Below, piece after piece: positions 47,870 to 64,000 of a stretch of DNA of 64,000 nt. Below the pieces are notes generated by a model that saw nothing but the letters and a program-made list of their open reading frames with translations, ran no database searches and was not told the DNA's origin. Made by a program: the position numbers and the translations under genes. Origin of the DNA: Stegostoma tigrinum (taxonomy: Eukaryota); NCBI RefSeq assembly GCF_030684315.1, contig NC_081391.1:20792629-20856628 (forward strand), written 5' to 3'. Each line of letters starts with the position of its first letter. Position 1 is the first letter of the stretch.

Positions 47870-48057
47870 TCCCTGACTAAAATTAGTGCCTGGGTTGATG
47901 GGAGATTCCTGATTGGCTATCAAGGGTTGTCAATGATCATTGGTGACATCATTCTCTGATTGAGAACAGGATGTTCCAGGAGTATAAATACAAGAGCTTG
48001 TGCATGAGAGGCTCAGTTCTGGAGCTGTCTAGTTGGTTGTGAGCAGGAATAGTGAAG
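47870..48057 (+). promoter_or_regulatory. Proximal promoter of copy G
   Basis: ATTGG at ~47912 and ~47939, canonical TATAAA at 47983-47988. The distal CCAAT/CACCC block seen in F, H and I is not recognisable. Confidence 0.72.
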
Positions 48058-52272
<4,215 letters not shown>

Positions 52273-53949
52273 CTGAATTGCCTGCAGGCAGTGAGCTTGT
52301 TGTCATGTGTCTGAATGGGAGACCTGTAGAGACATCTCCTTTTAGTAGGAGCAGCTCATGGTCCTGTACCAAGTGTAAATAAACTGCTCAATATTGGACT
52401 GTCTTGCCTCCCTTTTCTAGGTTAATGCTTGCTGTGAGCTGTGCTGTAGCTTGATCCTGTTTAGTTGTTCTTGCTGATGGGAACACTTCCCCACTGGGCT
52501 TTGGGTTTCACTGCCTGGACCTTGTTTCCTTTGAGATTGTGAGCTGCTGCCTCAATCTTGTGTGGGTAGACTCAACACCCTTGTAGGAATTAGCACAGAA
52601 CTAGGAGCAGTGAAGGGTCAGGAATGGCTCAAGGACCTATCCTGGTCAGCAAAAGGACCAAATGAGCTGAGATTCCAGCAAATGATGCAGAAGAACCAAA
52701 TCCAGGCACTCCTGGGTTTTAAATGAATTAGTCTGAAGTTTGTGTACCTGTGGAGTTCTGATTTTAATGGATTCTCTTAATCAACCTGTTTGGTATCTGT
52801 CACAGGTGGGACTTGTTCTCATAGCATCCCTTCCCCTTGAATGGGAGACTGCACCAACAAGGATATGCAAATACAAATTAGGTGAGGGGAAAATCTGACC
52901 TCTTGGTGTGGTTTAACTTTGCTGGTTTGCTGAATTTTTCAGCTAATGGTAGGCTCCTGCAGAGCACTGAATCTGCACTCAAGGCCTTTGCTGAAAATCC
53001 TTTTGGCAGGGTGGGGAAGAAGGTATTGGGTGTTTTTTGGGCCTTCATTGATCAGTGCAGTGACAACAGGAGTTGTAATACCACCTTACAGCTCTGTCGG
53101 CCAGTGAATGTAGTAGCCTGACTAAGCTGATCTCCTTGCTGAAGGAAAATTTCTAATATCTTGATCTTTACTGAACCTTTAGCTATGAGGCTGATTGAAC
53201 TGATACTAGACTCTAGAGAGTCAGAGGTTGTGGAGAGACAACACTTGCTTTCATGAGGGGCTTGGATAGAGTAAACAGCCAAGGTCTCTGCCCTCTGGTC
53301 TCAACCCTAGGGCAGTAGTTGTAAGGTGGGGGATTGGGAAAGCTGTAAAAGGGACTGGAGGGGTAGCTTCAAAGTGGGGTGTATGGTGAAGGCTGGCACC
53401 TTTCAGTTGGAAGGGTTTGGCTGGACATAGGCAAATATGCTAGCTAATGGGACTAACTATAAATGAGTTTGGCCAAAGGGTTAACTTCCATCTTGCCTTA
53501 CCCCCTCCTTTAGACTAAAAGGTATTAGCCACTCATCAGATGGTTTATTCTAACAACATGTTTGTGGTTGAAACAAGCATAGATTTTTGTGCTCATTTAT
53601 AAATGTGAGTTGAGGGAAACATAACTGTTAGGCTATAGTCTCAATGTCACAAGAATAACATCTGCAGACACAAAAATAGCTCTTAAAACAAGCTATTCAA
53701 AGAGCTCTAACATAATGAACTGGAAAGGAAATCCCAAGTTTGTTTTTTTTAAAAAAACTGCGCCTTTTAAGAGCAAAAGGCTAGCAAACAAAACATAATT
53801 AACATTTGGCACTCTGACATTGTCAGAGTTAAGGCTATTAAAATCAGGTAATGGGAACTGCAGATGCTGGAGAATCCAAGAGTGAAGCTGGATGAACACA
53901 ATATCTCAGGAGCACAAAAGCTGATGCTTCAGGCCTAGACTGTTTGTTG

Positions 53950-54960
53950 TGGCAATTAAGAACACAAAGACTGGCAGGCTGCAAAACTAGCACTGGGCAC
54001 TGCGGGTTTAGGAAGAATAACCATCTCTGGTAATGACAGGAGTTTTGATGATCAGATATTAGATTACTTTTTGGAAGATGTGACTTGAGTTCATCTTGCA
54101 GTGCAAATGACCGATCAATTTCTGGGTGGATGTTGAAGAAAGTTTTTAGAATGGCTTCAGAGAAATAATCTAAATGGAAGGAGACTGAAAGACATCTGTA
54201 CATCCACCAAATCATTCTAAAGAACAACACAGCTCAGTAAAGGAAACCAGTTCAGAACAATTGTTACAAACCAGTAGCATTTGCCAGTGCTTGACTCTGG
54301 AACAGCTATTCCTAGCCTTGAATGGTATTGGATTTCATCCGACCAAAATAAAACATCTACAGAATAGAGATGACTTGCAAGAGTGTCTTGATTACTTTAA
54401 CTTTCCATGACCACATGTTCTGAAATTTGTAATCACTCCGGAGTTCTCTGCAAAAACATATGGCAGAAAAACCCCTGCATAATTTTGTACTCTTAAAAAT
54501 GCCCTATAAACCATTAAGTGAGAACTTAAACATTGGATTTCCTGCAGTGTATTTATTTGGATGTTGGCTTGAGAAGAACATGGGTTATTCAGACAACCAG
54601 GGAGTAAGCCAGGAACACCACCTATTCTCACAGAGCCAGGCACCACGGTCATTCATCAAAGTCTCTGGGGGCCATTGAATGACTATGCAATGTCCATTAC
54701 TTTGGACAAAGCCCTTTGTGACCACCGGAGATTCACTGTATCTCAGATCCATTTTGACCAGGACATCTGTCAATCTCCAGACACTTTTTCTTTTTGGGCA
54801 GGTCAACTGTGTCTGTTGGTGGTGTCTGTCCTCGGAGATGTGCGCGGATGGTGATTGGTGGATCCTGATGTCAATCACTGGCTCCCTCATCTGGCCTGTC
54901 AAGCCCAGAGGTAATTCCAAAGGAGCACATTTCACCACCTGTTCCAGGGCCAAACTACTC
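53950..54960 (+). mobile_element. Paralogous Gypsy-like relic upstream of copy H (internal deletion)
   Basis: Collinear with 36480-37990, but jumps from ccttgaat directly to ggtattggatttca at ~54322. Confidence 0.6.
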
Positions 54961-55062
54961 AGAGTCACAGAGTGATACAGCACAAAAACAGAACCTTCAC
55001 AACAATTCATCCGTGCTAACCAGGTTCTCAAAAAGAATTAGTCCTATTTGGCTCGTACCTCT

Positions 55063-55745
55063 TGTTGAGGAACAGACCAAATCCTCTCCAAATACATTAA
55101 GGCTGTATTTTTTTTTTCTTATTTTAAAGGTAAGTGGAAGGCATTCTGTTCCATGTGAGATTTGATTGGTCAAACTATTGGCTTCCAGCAAAGTACACAT
55201 TATTTTTACACTACAGTCACAACATAGACAAAATGAAAAGAACGGTATTGCTTACCTAATGAAACGCTTATCAAAACAGTAGATATATGAACTGTTACTA
55301 ATGAATTACTCCATTGTTTTGGCATCCCATTAACACACCCTTGGCAAAGACAGATTCAGTGAAATAGATTGTCTCACATGCAATTCTAAAAGCCGGAGGA
55401 GAACCCCCAGCTTGTAGCTGTAACAGAGAGAGGAATAAGAGCTCCCACGGCCAGCTCAAAAACCTCGGCAACTGCTGAAAGCTTAAACTAAAAACCCTGC
55501 CTCAGTGGGAGCTTGACTGACCACAGCCCCATGTTGCCCCTAATATTCCCCCCTCACCAATCCCCAAGCCACCCCACCCCTGAAATTCTGGTGCTTATAT
55601 CATTCAAACTTCAATAAAAACCTCAACGTCTCACAAACTGGTTACTTTATTGGCTTCAAAGTGACTGCTCTCCACCTCTTGTCTCACCCTTTTTTCATTA
55701 AAATTAAGTTCAAAACATACCTTTTAAAGCCATTGTATCATCATA
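55063..55745. mobile_element. Probable solo LTR, paralogue of 38099-38685
   Basis: Same start (tgttgagg..accaaatcctctccaaata) and end (gccattgtatcatcata), at the same position in the same CR1 tail. Confidence 0.6.
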
Positions 55746-56461
55746 CCTTTTAAATCCTTCCTATTCATGTGCCTGTCCAAATGGCTTTTAAATGTTGTAA
55801 TTATACCAGACTCTACCACTTCCTCTGGCAATTCATTCCGTACATGTAGCACCCTCTGCGTGCAAAAACTTGCCCTCAGGTCCCTTTTACATCTTCTAGA
55901 TTGAAACTAGTTCTAAACACTTTTTTTTTTACAGTATCAATGAAACGCTTGAGGCAAAAAGACCAGTATTGGTCAGGGATGGAAAAGTACTTCAGGAAAG
56001 GCAACATTTTTGTAATCACTTCATTCCAGTCCCAGGATACGTACTTTCTGAGTAACCTGTTCAGGAGACGTGGCACCTGGCCCCAGAGTCTTCAAATCCA
56101 GAGTTATGAACACTACCACATCACACGTCAATTTACAAATGACAGCTAAATTGGCCTGTGTTGAGGACCTATCACTCCAAAAGCACTTGTCTCATCAGGT
56201 CTAATTTCCCAAACTTTTCTACATTACAAATCTCTGATTGGCTCTGGGCCTCAGCATTGTCCCGATAGCACCCTCTGCCTTTTCATTGGTTGCTGGATTG
56301 ATGGGAAATTCCTGATTGGCTGTCAGCAATTGTCAGTGATTATTGGTGGTGTCAGTCCCTGTTTAAGAGCGGGATTTTCCCAGGAGTTCAAATACAGCCA
56401 CTTGTGTTAGAGATGTTTAGTTCTGGAGTTGTCTTGGTTATAGTGAGCAGGAATAGTGAAG

Positions 56462-58872
56462 ATAGCCTTCCCAAGTGTGTCAGAACTACCACAAGGACTG
56501 TGAGGATGCTGTTAACAAGCAGATCAACCTGGAGCTCTGCTCCTCCCATGTGAGGCTGGTGGCACTGAAAGCTCCCCTCTTCCTGCTTGTCTGCCACCCT
56601 CCCCTGCCCTGCCCCACCAAGGTCAACATGTTAGTGATTTTGATGCCCTATGTTTTTGTAGTTTTGCTTTATTATATTGGCTGGATACCCATTCTAGTCG
56701 TCCATGTGGTTTTTGTTTGCCTTGTTAACTGACCTCCTGTTCTCTGACTTTGGTTTTTTATTCTGTAATGTTTCATATGGGAGGTAAACCCAAGGCTCCT
56801 TTTTTAAGCTTCTTGAACATGTCTTTTTTTAATGATGCATAAACCTGATCAACTTCTATTTATCAGAGATAATGGGAACTGCAGATGCTGGAGAATTCCA
56901 AGATAATAAAATGTGAGGCTGGATGAACACAGCAGGCCAAGCAGCATCTCAGGAGCACAAAAGCTGACGTTTCGGGTCTAGACCCTTCATCAGAGTGCTC
57001 TCTGAAGGGTCTAGGCCCGAAACGTCAGCTTTTGTGCTCCTGAGATGCTGCTTAGCCTGCTGTGTTCATCCAGCCTCACATTTTATTATCTCAACTTCTA
57101 TTTATCTTTGATTAAAGATAATTGGGTGCCTCACTAGTGAAACAGGAATGGAGTCCTCCTGTGCATGTTTCTAAATGCCTATAATCCTGCTGTATGGGCC
57201 TTAATACCAGTGCTTCCCTGACAATTGATGTTTTGTTATTTCTTCAATGTCAAAGGGCTTTGTCTTTCGATTAGATGCTTAAAGCCCTTGGTGAAAGGGT
57301 CTCTGGTTAAATTAGTTGGTTTGAGTAATGAAACACATCTTGGCTCCCTGTTAAATCACACTTTTCTGAATTGGGTGTTGGGATCTTGAATATCTGAGGA
57401 AGTAATGGCTAATGTGTGATGCCAGTTGCAACACAAGCTCTTGCTTTAATGTGCTCTGGTCTGAGGGGTTCCCACCATAATGAAGTCACATAGGGAGAAG
57501 GCAGTAAGTGCAGAGAGTTAATCTTTGGTCCCATAAACTGATAGACCATATGACCCAATGAAGACCTCACTGTTTTTCCTAACATTGTGCTCATTTTGTG
57601 GCATTCCAGAATTTTTCTCAGGATAACCAGCAACTGTGCCTTTTCAAAAATCTCCATTTTTCTTATTTTTCAATGACAAACACCCAACCTCCTGAGTTAG
57701 ATCAAGTTTCTAACTTCAGTCAAAAGACTTTATATTCCTAAACTCTGGATTTCTACTTCCAAAGTCTACACCACCCTGATATTTGTACATTATCCAGATA
57801 TTCAGGATTGTACACCATTTTTTTTAGTCTGGAAAAATGAGGCCGGTTCTTATTGGAGTTCACAATGGATGCGATCTGGAGCTTGCTGGACTCTACCACT
57901 TCCCCTCTTCTCCCCACAGTCCTTTTACTTTGACCGGGATGATGTTGCCCTGCATCACTTTGCTGATTTCTTCAAGGAGCAGTCCCATGAGGAACAGGAA
58001 CACGCTGAGAAACTGATGGCATTCGAGAATAAACATGGAAGCTGAGCCCTCCTGCAGGGTTGATCTATCCTCTGACATTAAGACCTGAACTAGACATGGA
58101 TTTGAAGCTTACATTCTGCTGGGGCAATGCCACAATGCTATATGGCATGTGTTGAGTTACATTCTCAACTCACTGCATTGCACTTTCCTTCATGCTTCAC
58201 ATTAGTGAAGCATCTACCCCTTCCCTCCTTCCAGAAGCCAGAGCAGGATGAGTTGGGCAATGGTCTGGAGGCAATGCAGAGAGCTCTGCAGATGGAGAAG
58301 GATGTGAACCAGAGTCTGCTGGTTCTGCACAAACTCTCCTCTGGCCACATGGGCCCTCATGTAAGTCCTTGATGAATTTTTAGAGGTATTGCAAGTGATA
58401 TCAAAATCTGATCTGCACTCCATGTTGGTCAAGGGCTATGTAAGGCTGTGTTTTGGGGTAACAGTGTACTAATTGTCTCAGATTAATCTGGCTAGTAATG
58501 TTGAAGTAGCTGGGGTGTAAATTTGAGATTTTTTTTTCCTAGTTGAATGAAATTAGCTTGGAATTGGTCTGCAAGTCTGGTTTGATTTAGACTTTTGGAA
58601 TACTTGTGGCCTCTTGGAGATAAGCCAGCTGCTGCACCCATCCAAAACTGTTAGAAACCCAAATAAAGCCTATCTGTACTAATTACTCAATCTTGCAGGT
58701 TTCTTTTTGCTCCTCCAGCTGTGTGACTTCCTGGAGAGGCACTACTTGGATGAGCAAGTGAAGATGATCAAGAAGCTGGGAGATCACATCACCAACCTGA
58801 AGAGACTGGGAGCCCCTGACAATGGCATGGGAGAGTACCTGTTTGACAGGCTCTCACCTGGGGGAAGAGTGA
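56462..58872 (+). pseudogene. Ferritin copy H, pseudogene
   Basis: Start codon is ATA (56462). Exon 1 has a +1 nt insertion and a ~15-nt deletion. Exon 2 57920-~58058 has TGA at 58043-58045 and an 8-nt deletion. Exon 3 58235-58360. Exon 4 from 58719 has a frameshift at ctctcacctg. Confidence 0.92.
56865..57090. mobile_element. Palindromic Penelope-derived insert in intron 1 of copy H
   Basis: 16-bp TSD TCAACTTCTATTTATC at 56849-56864 and 57091-57106. Inverted arms. Intact hammerhead motif on the minus strand at 56993-56964 (stem GGGTC-TA-GACCC). Confidence 0.88.
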
Positions 58873-60589
58873 CTGAAATTATGACAAGGAGCTCACTTAA
58901 TGCCTTTAAATAGGAGACCTGTAGAGACTTCTTGTTTTTTTTTGTAGAAACAGATCATTGTTCTGGTACCAAATGTAAATAAACTATTCAATGTTGGACT
59001 GGGTGTTGCCTCCCTTGCTGTGAGCTGTGCTGTAGCTTGATCCTGTTTTGGTTCTGTTCTTGCTGATGGGAACACTTTCCCCATTGGGCTGTGGGTTTCA
59101 CTGTCTGGCCCAGGCAATTGCCTGGGCCTAGTTGTCTTTGACGTCGTGAGCTGCTGCCTTGAGCCACCCTGCATCTTTTGTATAGATGGACCCACAATAG
59201 TCTTGAAGGAAGGAATTGGCACTGACCCAAAAACAGTGAAGGGTTAGGAATGGCTGCTTGTCCTGTCCTTCTCAGCAAAAGGACCAACTGAGCAGAGGGC
59301 TTTAAGCCATCAGGCAAACCTGAGGACTAGTGGGAACACTTGAGACCCTGGTGGGTTAAGCATGACCAATAAACCCATGTACTTCTGGCTTTGAATTAAT
59401 GAGAAAGTTATGCTTGGGGAACTTTACTCTTAATTTTGGTGTTTTTTTTTAAACCTGTTGAGTATCTTACACTCCACTGGAGCAGGTGGGGCTTGAACCC
59501 ATATCTCCCAGACAATGGGTAGGGATACTACCCCTCCACCACCAAGGCATCTGCAAAATACAGCCTGCCAAGTGTACACATCAGGGGAGAGCCAATAGTA
59601 AATCAGGGTGAAATTGAACTTTATTGGCTTGTCAAATTTGTCAGTTATTGTTCGGCTCCTGGGGAGCAGTGGCAAAGCCCTAGGGTGCAGGCACAGTGCC
59701 TCAAAGGTGTGGACAGGGTGGGGAAGAAGGCATTTGAGGTGCTTCCCTTCATTGGTCAGTGCATGGAAGGTAGGAGTTGGGATGCCATCCTATAGCTAAG
59801 TAGGACACTGGTGAGGCCACTTTAGGAAAGGAACACAGCTTTCAATTGGTCTCTCTGCTATAAGAAGCTTTGAGAGCTCCAGGTCCAAGAAAAAGATGAG
59901 CAAGGAGACTGGTGGGGAGACTCTTTAGATTTTAGTTCATGAGGGGTATGGACAGAGTGAATAGTAGAGTCCCCTTTCCCTAGAGTTAGGTAACTAAAGG
60001 GTTTAGTTTTAAGGTGAGGGGGCAAGATTGAAGGGAGGCGGGAGAAATGATCAGAGGGGTAACTCTCCTGCAATGCCTCATGTATGGAATGAGCTAGTGG
60101 AGGCTAGTACCAATGTGACACTTAAGGCACCTGATTGGGTATGTGAAAAGAAAGGGGTTTAGAGCGATTTTAATCAAATGTTGACAAGGGGGATGAGATA
60201 AGCTTTCCATATCAGGTCATTATGGATGCATCAGATCACATGGTTAGTTTCCATACTGTCCCTTAGTCCAACTGAGAGGTATTAAGAACTGGTGATGAGC
60301 TGGTATTCTAATAGTTTGTAGTTGTGTCAAATTTGTGCTCCTTAATTAATAATCAAGTTTTGGGACCCTTGCAATGAAGAAACATGGAAAGGCTACAATA
60401 TTGTCACCCTCTTTCACTTGGGTGACATCTGTAGGCGCACTTCCCCCCCCCGCCTCAAAAAAAATCCTCCAAGCCAGTTAGTCAAAGGCCCGTGACATAT
60501 AACAAACAAAACAGGAGCAAAGCCAACAGAAATATAAGAGAGCAATATATGCTCCTTTCCTTTTTTTAAGGCTGAAATGATGGCAAGAA

Positions 60590-62390
60590 AAAGCATAACT
60601 CAGGATTGGCACACCACTGATGTTCTTTCAGAGCTTCAGGGCTTTTTGACCTCAAAAATTTTTTTTTGGGAAGTAGCAGATTATGAAGAAGGGCAAGCTG
60701 GAAAACTTGTCCCATCATTGGGCGCTGGATGGTTGGGAGGAATAACATCATTTGGCATTTCTGTTGTTGCTGTCATCAAGGGTTTTGATGACATTCACAT
60801 GTTTTGGATGATCAATTTTGGGAGACACAGCTTTAGTTCGCGGATAAACATATGGACGTATGTGGAATGGCATAGGTTAGATGGGCTTCAGATCGGTATG
60901 ACAGGTCTTTATTAGGATTATTCCACGGCACAACATCGAGGGCTGAAGGGCCTGTACTGTGCTGTTATGTTCTAAGTATGTCATACAGCTAAGGGAAGTG
61001 ATTGATCAATTCCCAGGCACATGTTGAAGGAAAGGTATGAAGAGCGATTTTTAAAAAGACTGTCTATGTGGGAGGGGTATGGAATTCATCATCAACTATA
61101 CATCTATCAAATCATTCCATAGGATGCTGCTGGACAAACGTAATGAGTGTGCCATTAATGCACAGCTAATTATAGGAAGCAAGTTCAAAACAATTGTCAT
61201 AAGCCAGTAGAATTGGCCAGTGGTTGACTGGAACGATGATTCCAAGCCTTGAATCAGATGTGGCTCATCTTGCCCACCACAGCACTGTCCATCCTTTCAA
61301 GAAACATCCAAGTTGTGCTTTATGTGAGTAGAATTTTTGGTTTCAAATCTATTGGAAGTCCAATAGCTCAGAGAAGCCCAAATAGTAATGCAACACCATA
61401 CGAAGAAGGGCCAAGAAAGAAATAACGCCAAAGAAGCTGAGAAACAGTGCATCCGCCAGGATGTAATCCAACAACAAAAGGGCAGCATCATTGAGAAACT
61501 GCCAAGGTATCTGTGCCTTGTAGATACCATTCTCAGGAAACATTTGAGCAAAACATAAATCCTTATCAACTCATGACTGTAGCAAGGAAGGCGAGAGAAC
61601 AAGGTGTAGAGCTGGATGGACACAGCAGGCCAAGCAGCATCAGGGGAGCAGGAAAGCTGACGTTTTGGGTCAAGACCCTGCTTCAGCTTTCCCGCTTCTC
61701 TGATGCTGCTTGGCCTGCTGTGTTCATCCAGCTCAACACCGTGTTATCTCAGATTCTCCAGCATCGGCAGTTCCTACTATCTCTGTAGCAAGGAATCATA
61801 GTTTTGTTTACAACAGTACAAAAATCAAATAAATTTGTGCCAAATCAATTTATTTGGTTGAATCTACTCATCAGCTGGTATTAGACCTCATCCTGCCAAA
61901 CTAAAAGATATACAGATAGAAATGACTTACACGAGTGTCTTGACTTCTTTGTATTTCTCTGCCCCCATGTTCTGAAATTTGCAACGACTCAGGAGTTCTC
62001 TGCAAAAACATATAGCGGAAAGATCCCCTGCATAAATTAACACTCTTAGGAAAGCTCTGTTAACCAGTAATTGTGTACTTCAAAGCTGTATTATAAATGC
62101 CCTGCAGTGTATTTATTTGCGTATTGACTTGAGAAGAACATGACTATCTGCGGTTTGTGTTACACAGACAACCAGGGAGTAAGCCAGGAACACCACCTAT
62201 TCCCACAGAGCCAGGCACCACAGTCATTCATCAAAGTCTCTGGTGACCATTCAATGACCATGTGATGTCCATTAATTTGGACAATGTGCTTTGTGACCAC
62301 TGGACATTCCCTGCATCTCAGGTCAATTTTGACCAGGACATCTATCAATCTCCAGATACATTTTCCCTTCTGGCAGGTCAACTGTATCCA
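60590..62390 (+). mobile_element. Paralogous Gypsy-like relic upstream of copy I
   Basis: ...QLMTVAR[insert]NHSFVYNSTK..QINLFG.IYSSAGIRPHPAKLKDIQ..NDLHECLDFF, a Gypsy RT-like stretch collinear with 36390-37830. Confidence 0.68.
61590..61782. mobile_element. Hairpin Penelope-derived insert
   Basis: 13-bp TSD CTGTAGCAAGGAA at 61577-61589 and 61783-61795. The paralogous site near 37230 is empty. Confidence 0.85.
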
Positions 62391-62639
62391 TCAGATGGTG
62401 GAAAACTGCTTCATTAAAGGTAACATTTTTTAATCACTTCATACCCACCCCAGGATAGATACTTTCTGAGTAACGTGTTCAGGAGACAGCGGGACCTGAC
62501 TGCAGAGTCTTCAGGCCCAGAGGTATGGACATTATCACAGCACATATCCATTCACCAAAAAAAAACAGCTAGATTGGCCTGTGTTAAGGGCCTATCATCC
62601 AAAAGCACTTGCATCTTTAAGGCTAATTTCCCAAAAGTC

Positions 62640-62885
62640 TCTGTCATCAAAATCTCTGATTGGCTCTGGGTCTTAGCCCCATCCCCATAACACCCTGTCC
62701 CTTTCAATTGGGTGGTGGATTGATAGGGTATTCCAGATTGGCTGACAGGAATTATCAGTGATTATGGCTGATGTCAATCCCTGGTTAAGAGCAGGATGTT
62801 CCCAGGACTATAAATACAAGAGCCTGTGGGAGAGAGAGACTTAGTTCTAGAGTTTTCTTGGTGCTTGTGAGCAGGAATAGTGAAG
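62640..62885 (+). promoter_or_regulatory. Proximal promoter of copy I
   Basis: ATTGG at ~62659, ~62708 and ~62737, CACCC at 62691-62695, TGATAG at 62721-62726, TATAAA at 62809-62814. Confidence 0.72.
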
Positions 62886-64000
62886 ATGGTTTCCCAAGTG
62901 TGTCAGAACTACCACAAGGACTGTGAGGATGCTGTTAACAAGCAGATCAACCTGGAGCTCTATTCCTCCTATGTTTACCTCTCCATGGTGAGCATTGTTG
63001 TGTACAAGGTCCCTTCTTTCTCATTGTCTGGCCCCCACCCTGTCAAGGGTAACTAGGGGTGGGCAATATGCTGATGTCTATGTCTATGTCCTATGTGTTT
63101 CACAATTGGCTTTGACTTTATGGCTTGGTTGGATTGGCTTGAAATGAAGTCTGTCCAATGACTTGGTGAATGTTTCTTACCTCATTCACTCCATTCAAGT
63201 CTGCTTTTGTGCTTGGTTAACTGATGACTCTGCATTCCATAAACTTGGTTTTACTCTGAACTGTTTTGAGACATAAATCCAAGGTTCCTTGTAGCTGGAT
63301 GACTGTCATGATGCATGAACCTGCTCAATTTCTAATCAACTCTGTTGTGACTAGGTGATGCATGTGTGATACACAAATAACTACTTATGACTCCTCTGCC
63401 TGTTTCTGAATGAGTATAATCCTGTTGGCCTCTTCAAATGCAGGGAGAAACTATTTTCTTTGCTTGCCTGAATTAACAGACCATAACACCCCTGTAGACA
63501 TGATCTCTACTCATTCTTTGTACTATTGTGCTTGTTTGGCTTGCATTCTATTTTTTCCCCTGCCTCAAGTTGATAAACTACACAGGCTCTTGTTGAATCT
63601 CTGGGTGAGATCTGGGGCTTGCCTGACTTTGCCACTTTTGTCCTCTTCTCCCACAGGTCTCTTACTTTGACCGGGATGATGTTGCCCTGCATCACTTTGC
63701 TGAGTTCTTCAAGGAGCAGTCCCATGAGGAGCGGGAACATGCTGAGAAACTGATGGTATTCCAGAATAAACGTGGGGGCTGGGTCCTATTACAGGACATC
63801 AAGGTTGGTCTATCTTCCTACACCTGAACTAGACATGTCTTTGAAGCTTGAATTTCTGCTGCTGGAATACCACGATGCTATATGGCACGAGTCCTTAGTT
63901 ACCCTTCAATTTTTGCACTGACATATCTGCCTCTTTTCTCCCCACCCCCTCCCTCCAGAAGCCGGAGCAGGATGAGTGGGGCAATGGTCTGGAGGCAATG
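62886..64000 (+). CDS. Ferritin H/M-type subunit, copy I (partial; open as far as visible)
   Basis: Exon 1 62886-62987, exon 2 63657-63803, exon 3 from 63959 to the window end. No stops or frameshifts. The conserved Arg79 is Trp (TGG 63780-63782). Confidence 0.85.

Noticed and set aside
63224-63234. ATGACTCTGCA, a perfect ARE/Nrf2-type motif in intron 1 of copy I
   Set aside because: A single short match that is not conserved at the homologous position in F or H, so chance is sufficient.

Overview
Eukaryotic, repeat-rich vertebrate DNA, most likely from a shark or other cartilaginous fish. That is inferred from the HE1-type tRNA-derived SINEs and CR1 and Penelope repeats, not proven. The window is a tandem array of nine 4-exon ferritin (H/M-type) gene copies, here labelled A-I. 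Three minus-strand copies (A, B, C) are all pseudogenes. They point away from six plus-strand copies: D and H are pseudogenes, E, F and G have intact 173-175 aa ORFs with a complete ferroxidase centre, and I is open as far as the window goes. Both window edges fall inside ferritin copies, so the array probably continues. Notable points: no iron-responsive element in any proximal 5' region; a shared multi-CCAAT/TATA promoter; exons much more similar than introns, with chimeric intron sets; a young fold-back Penelope-like insertion; and many short Penelope-derived inserts carrying a minimal hammerhead-ribozyme motif. Most ORFs in the supplied track are spurious translations of repeats or antisense reads of ferritin exons. 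All comparisons were made by eye.
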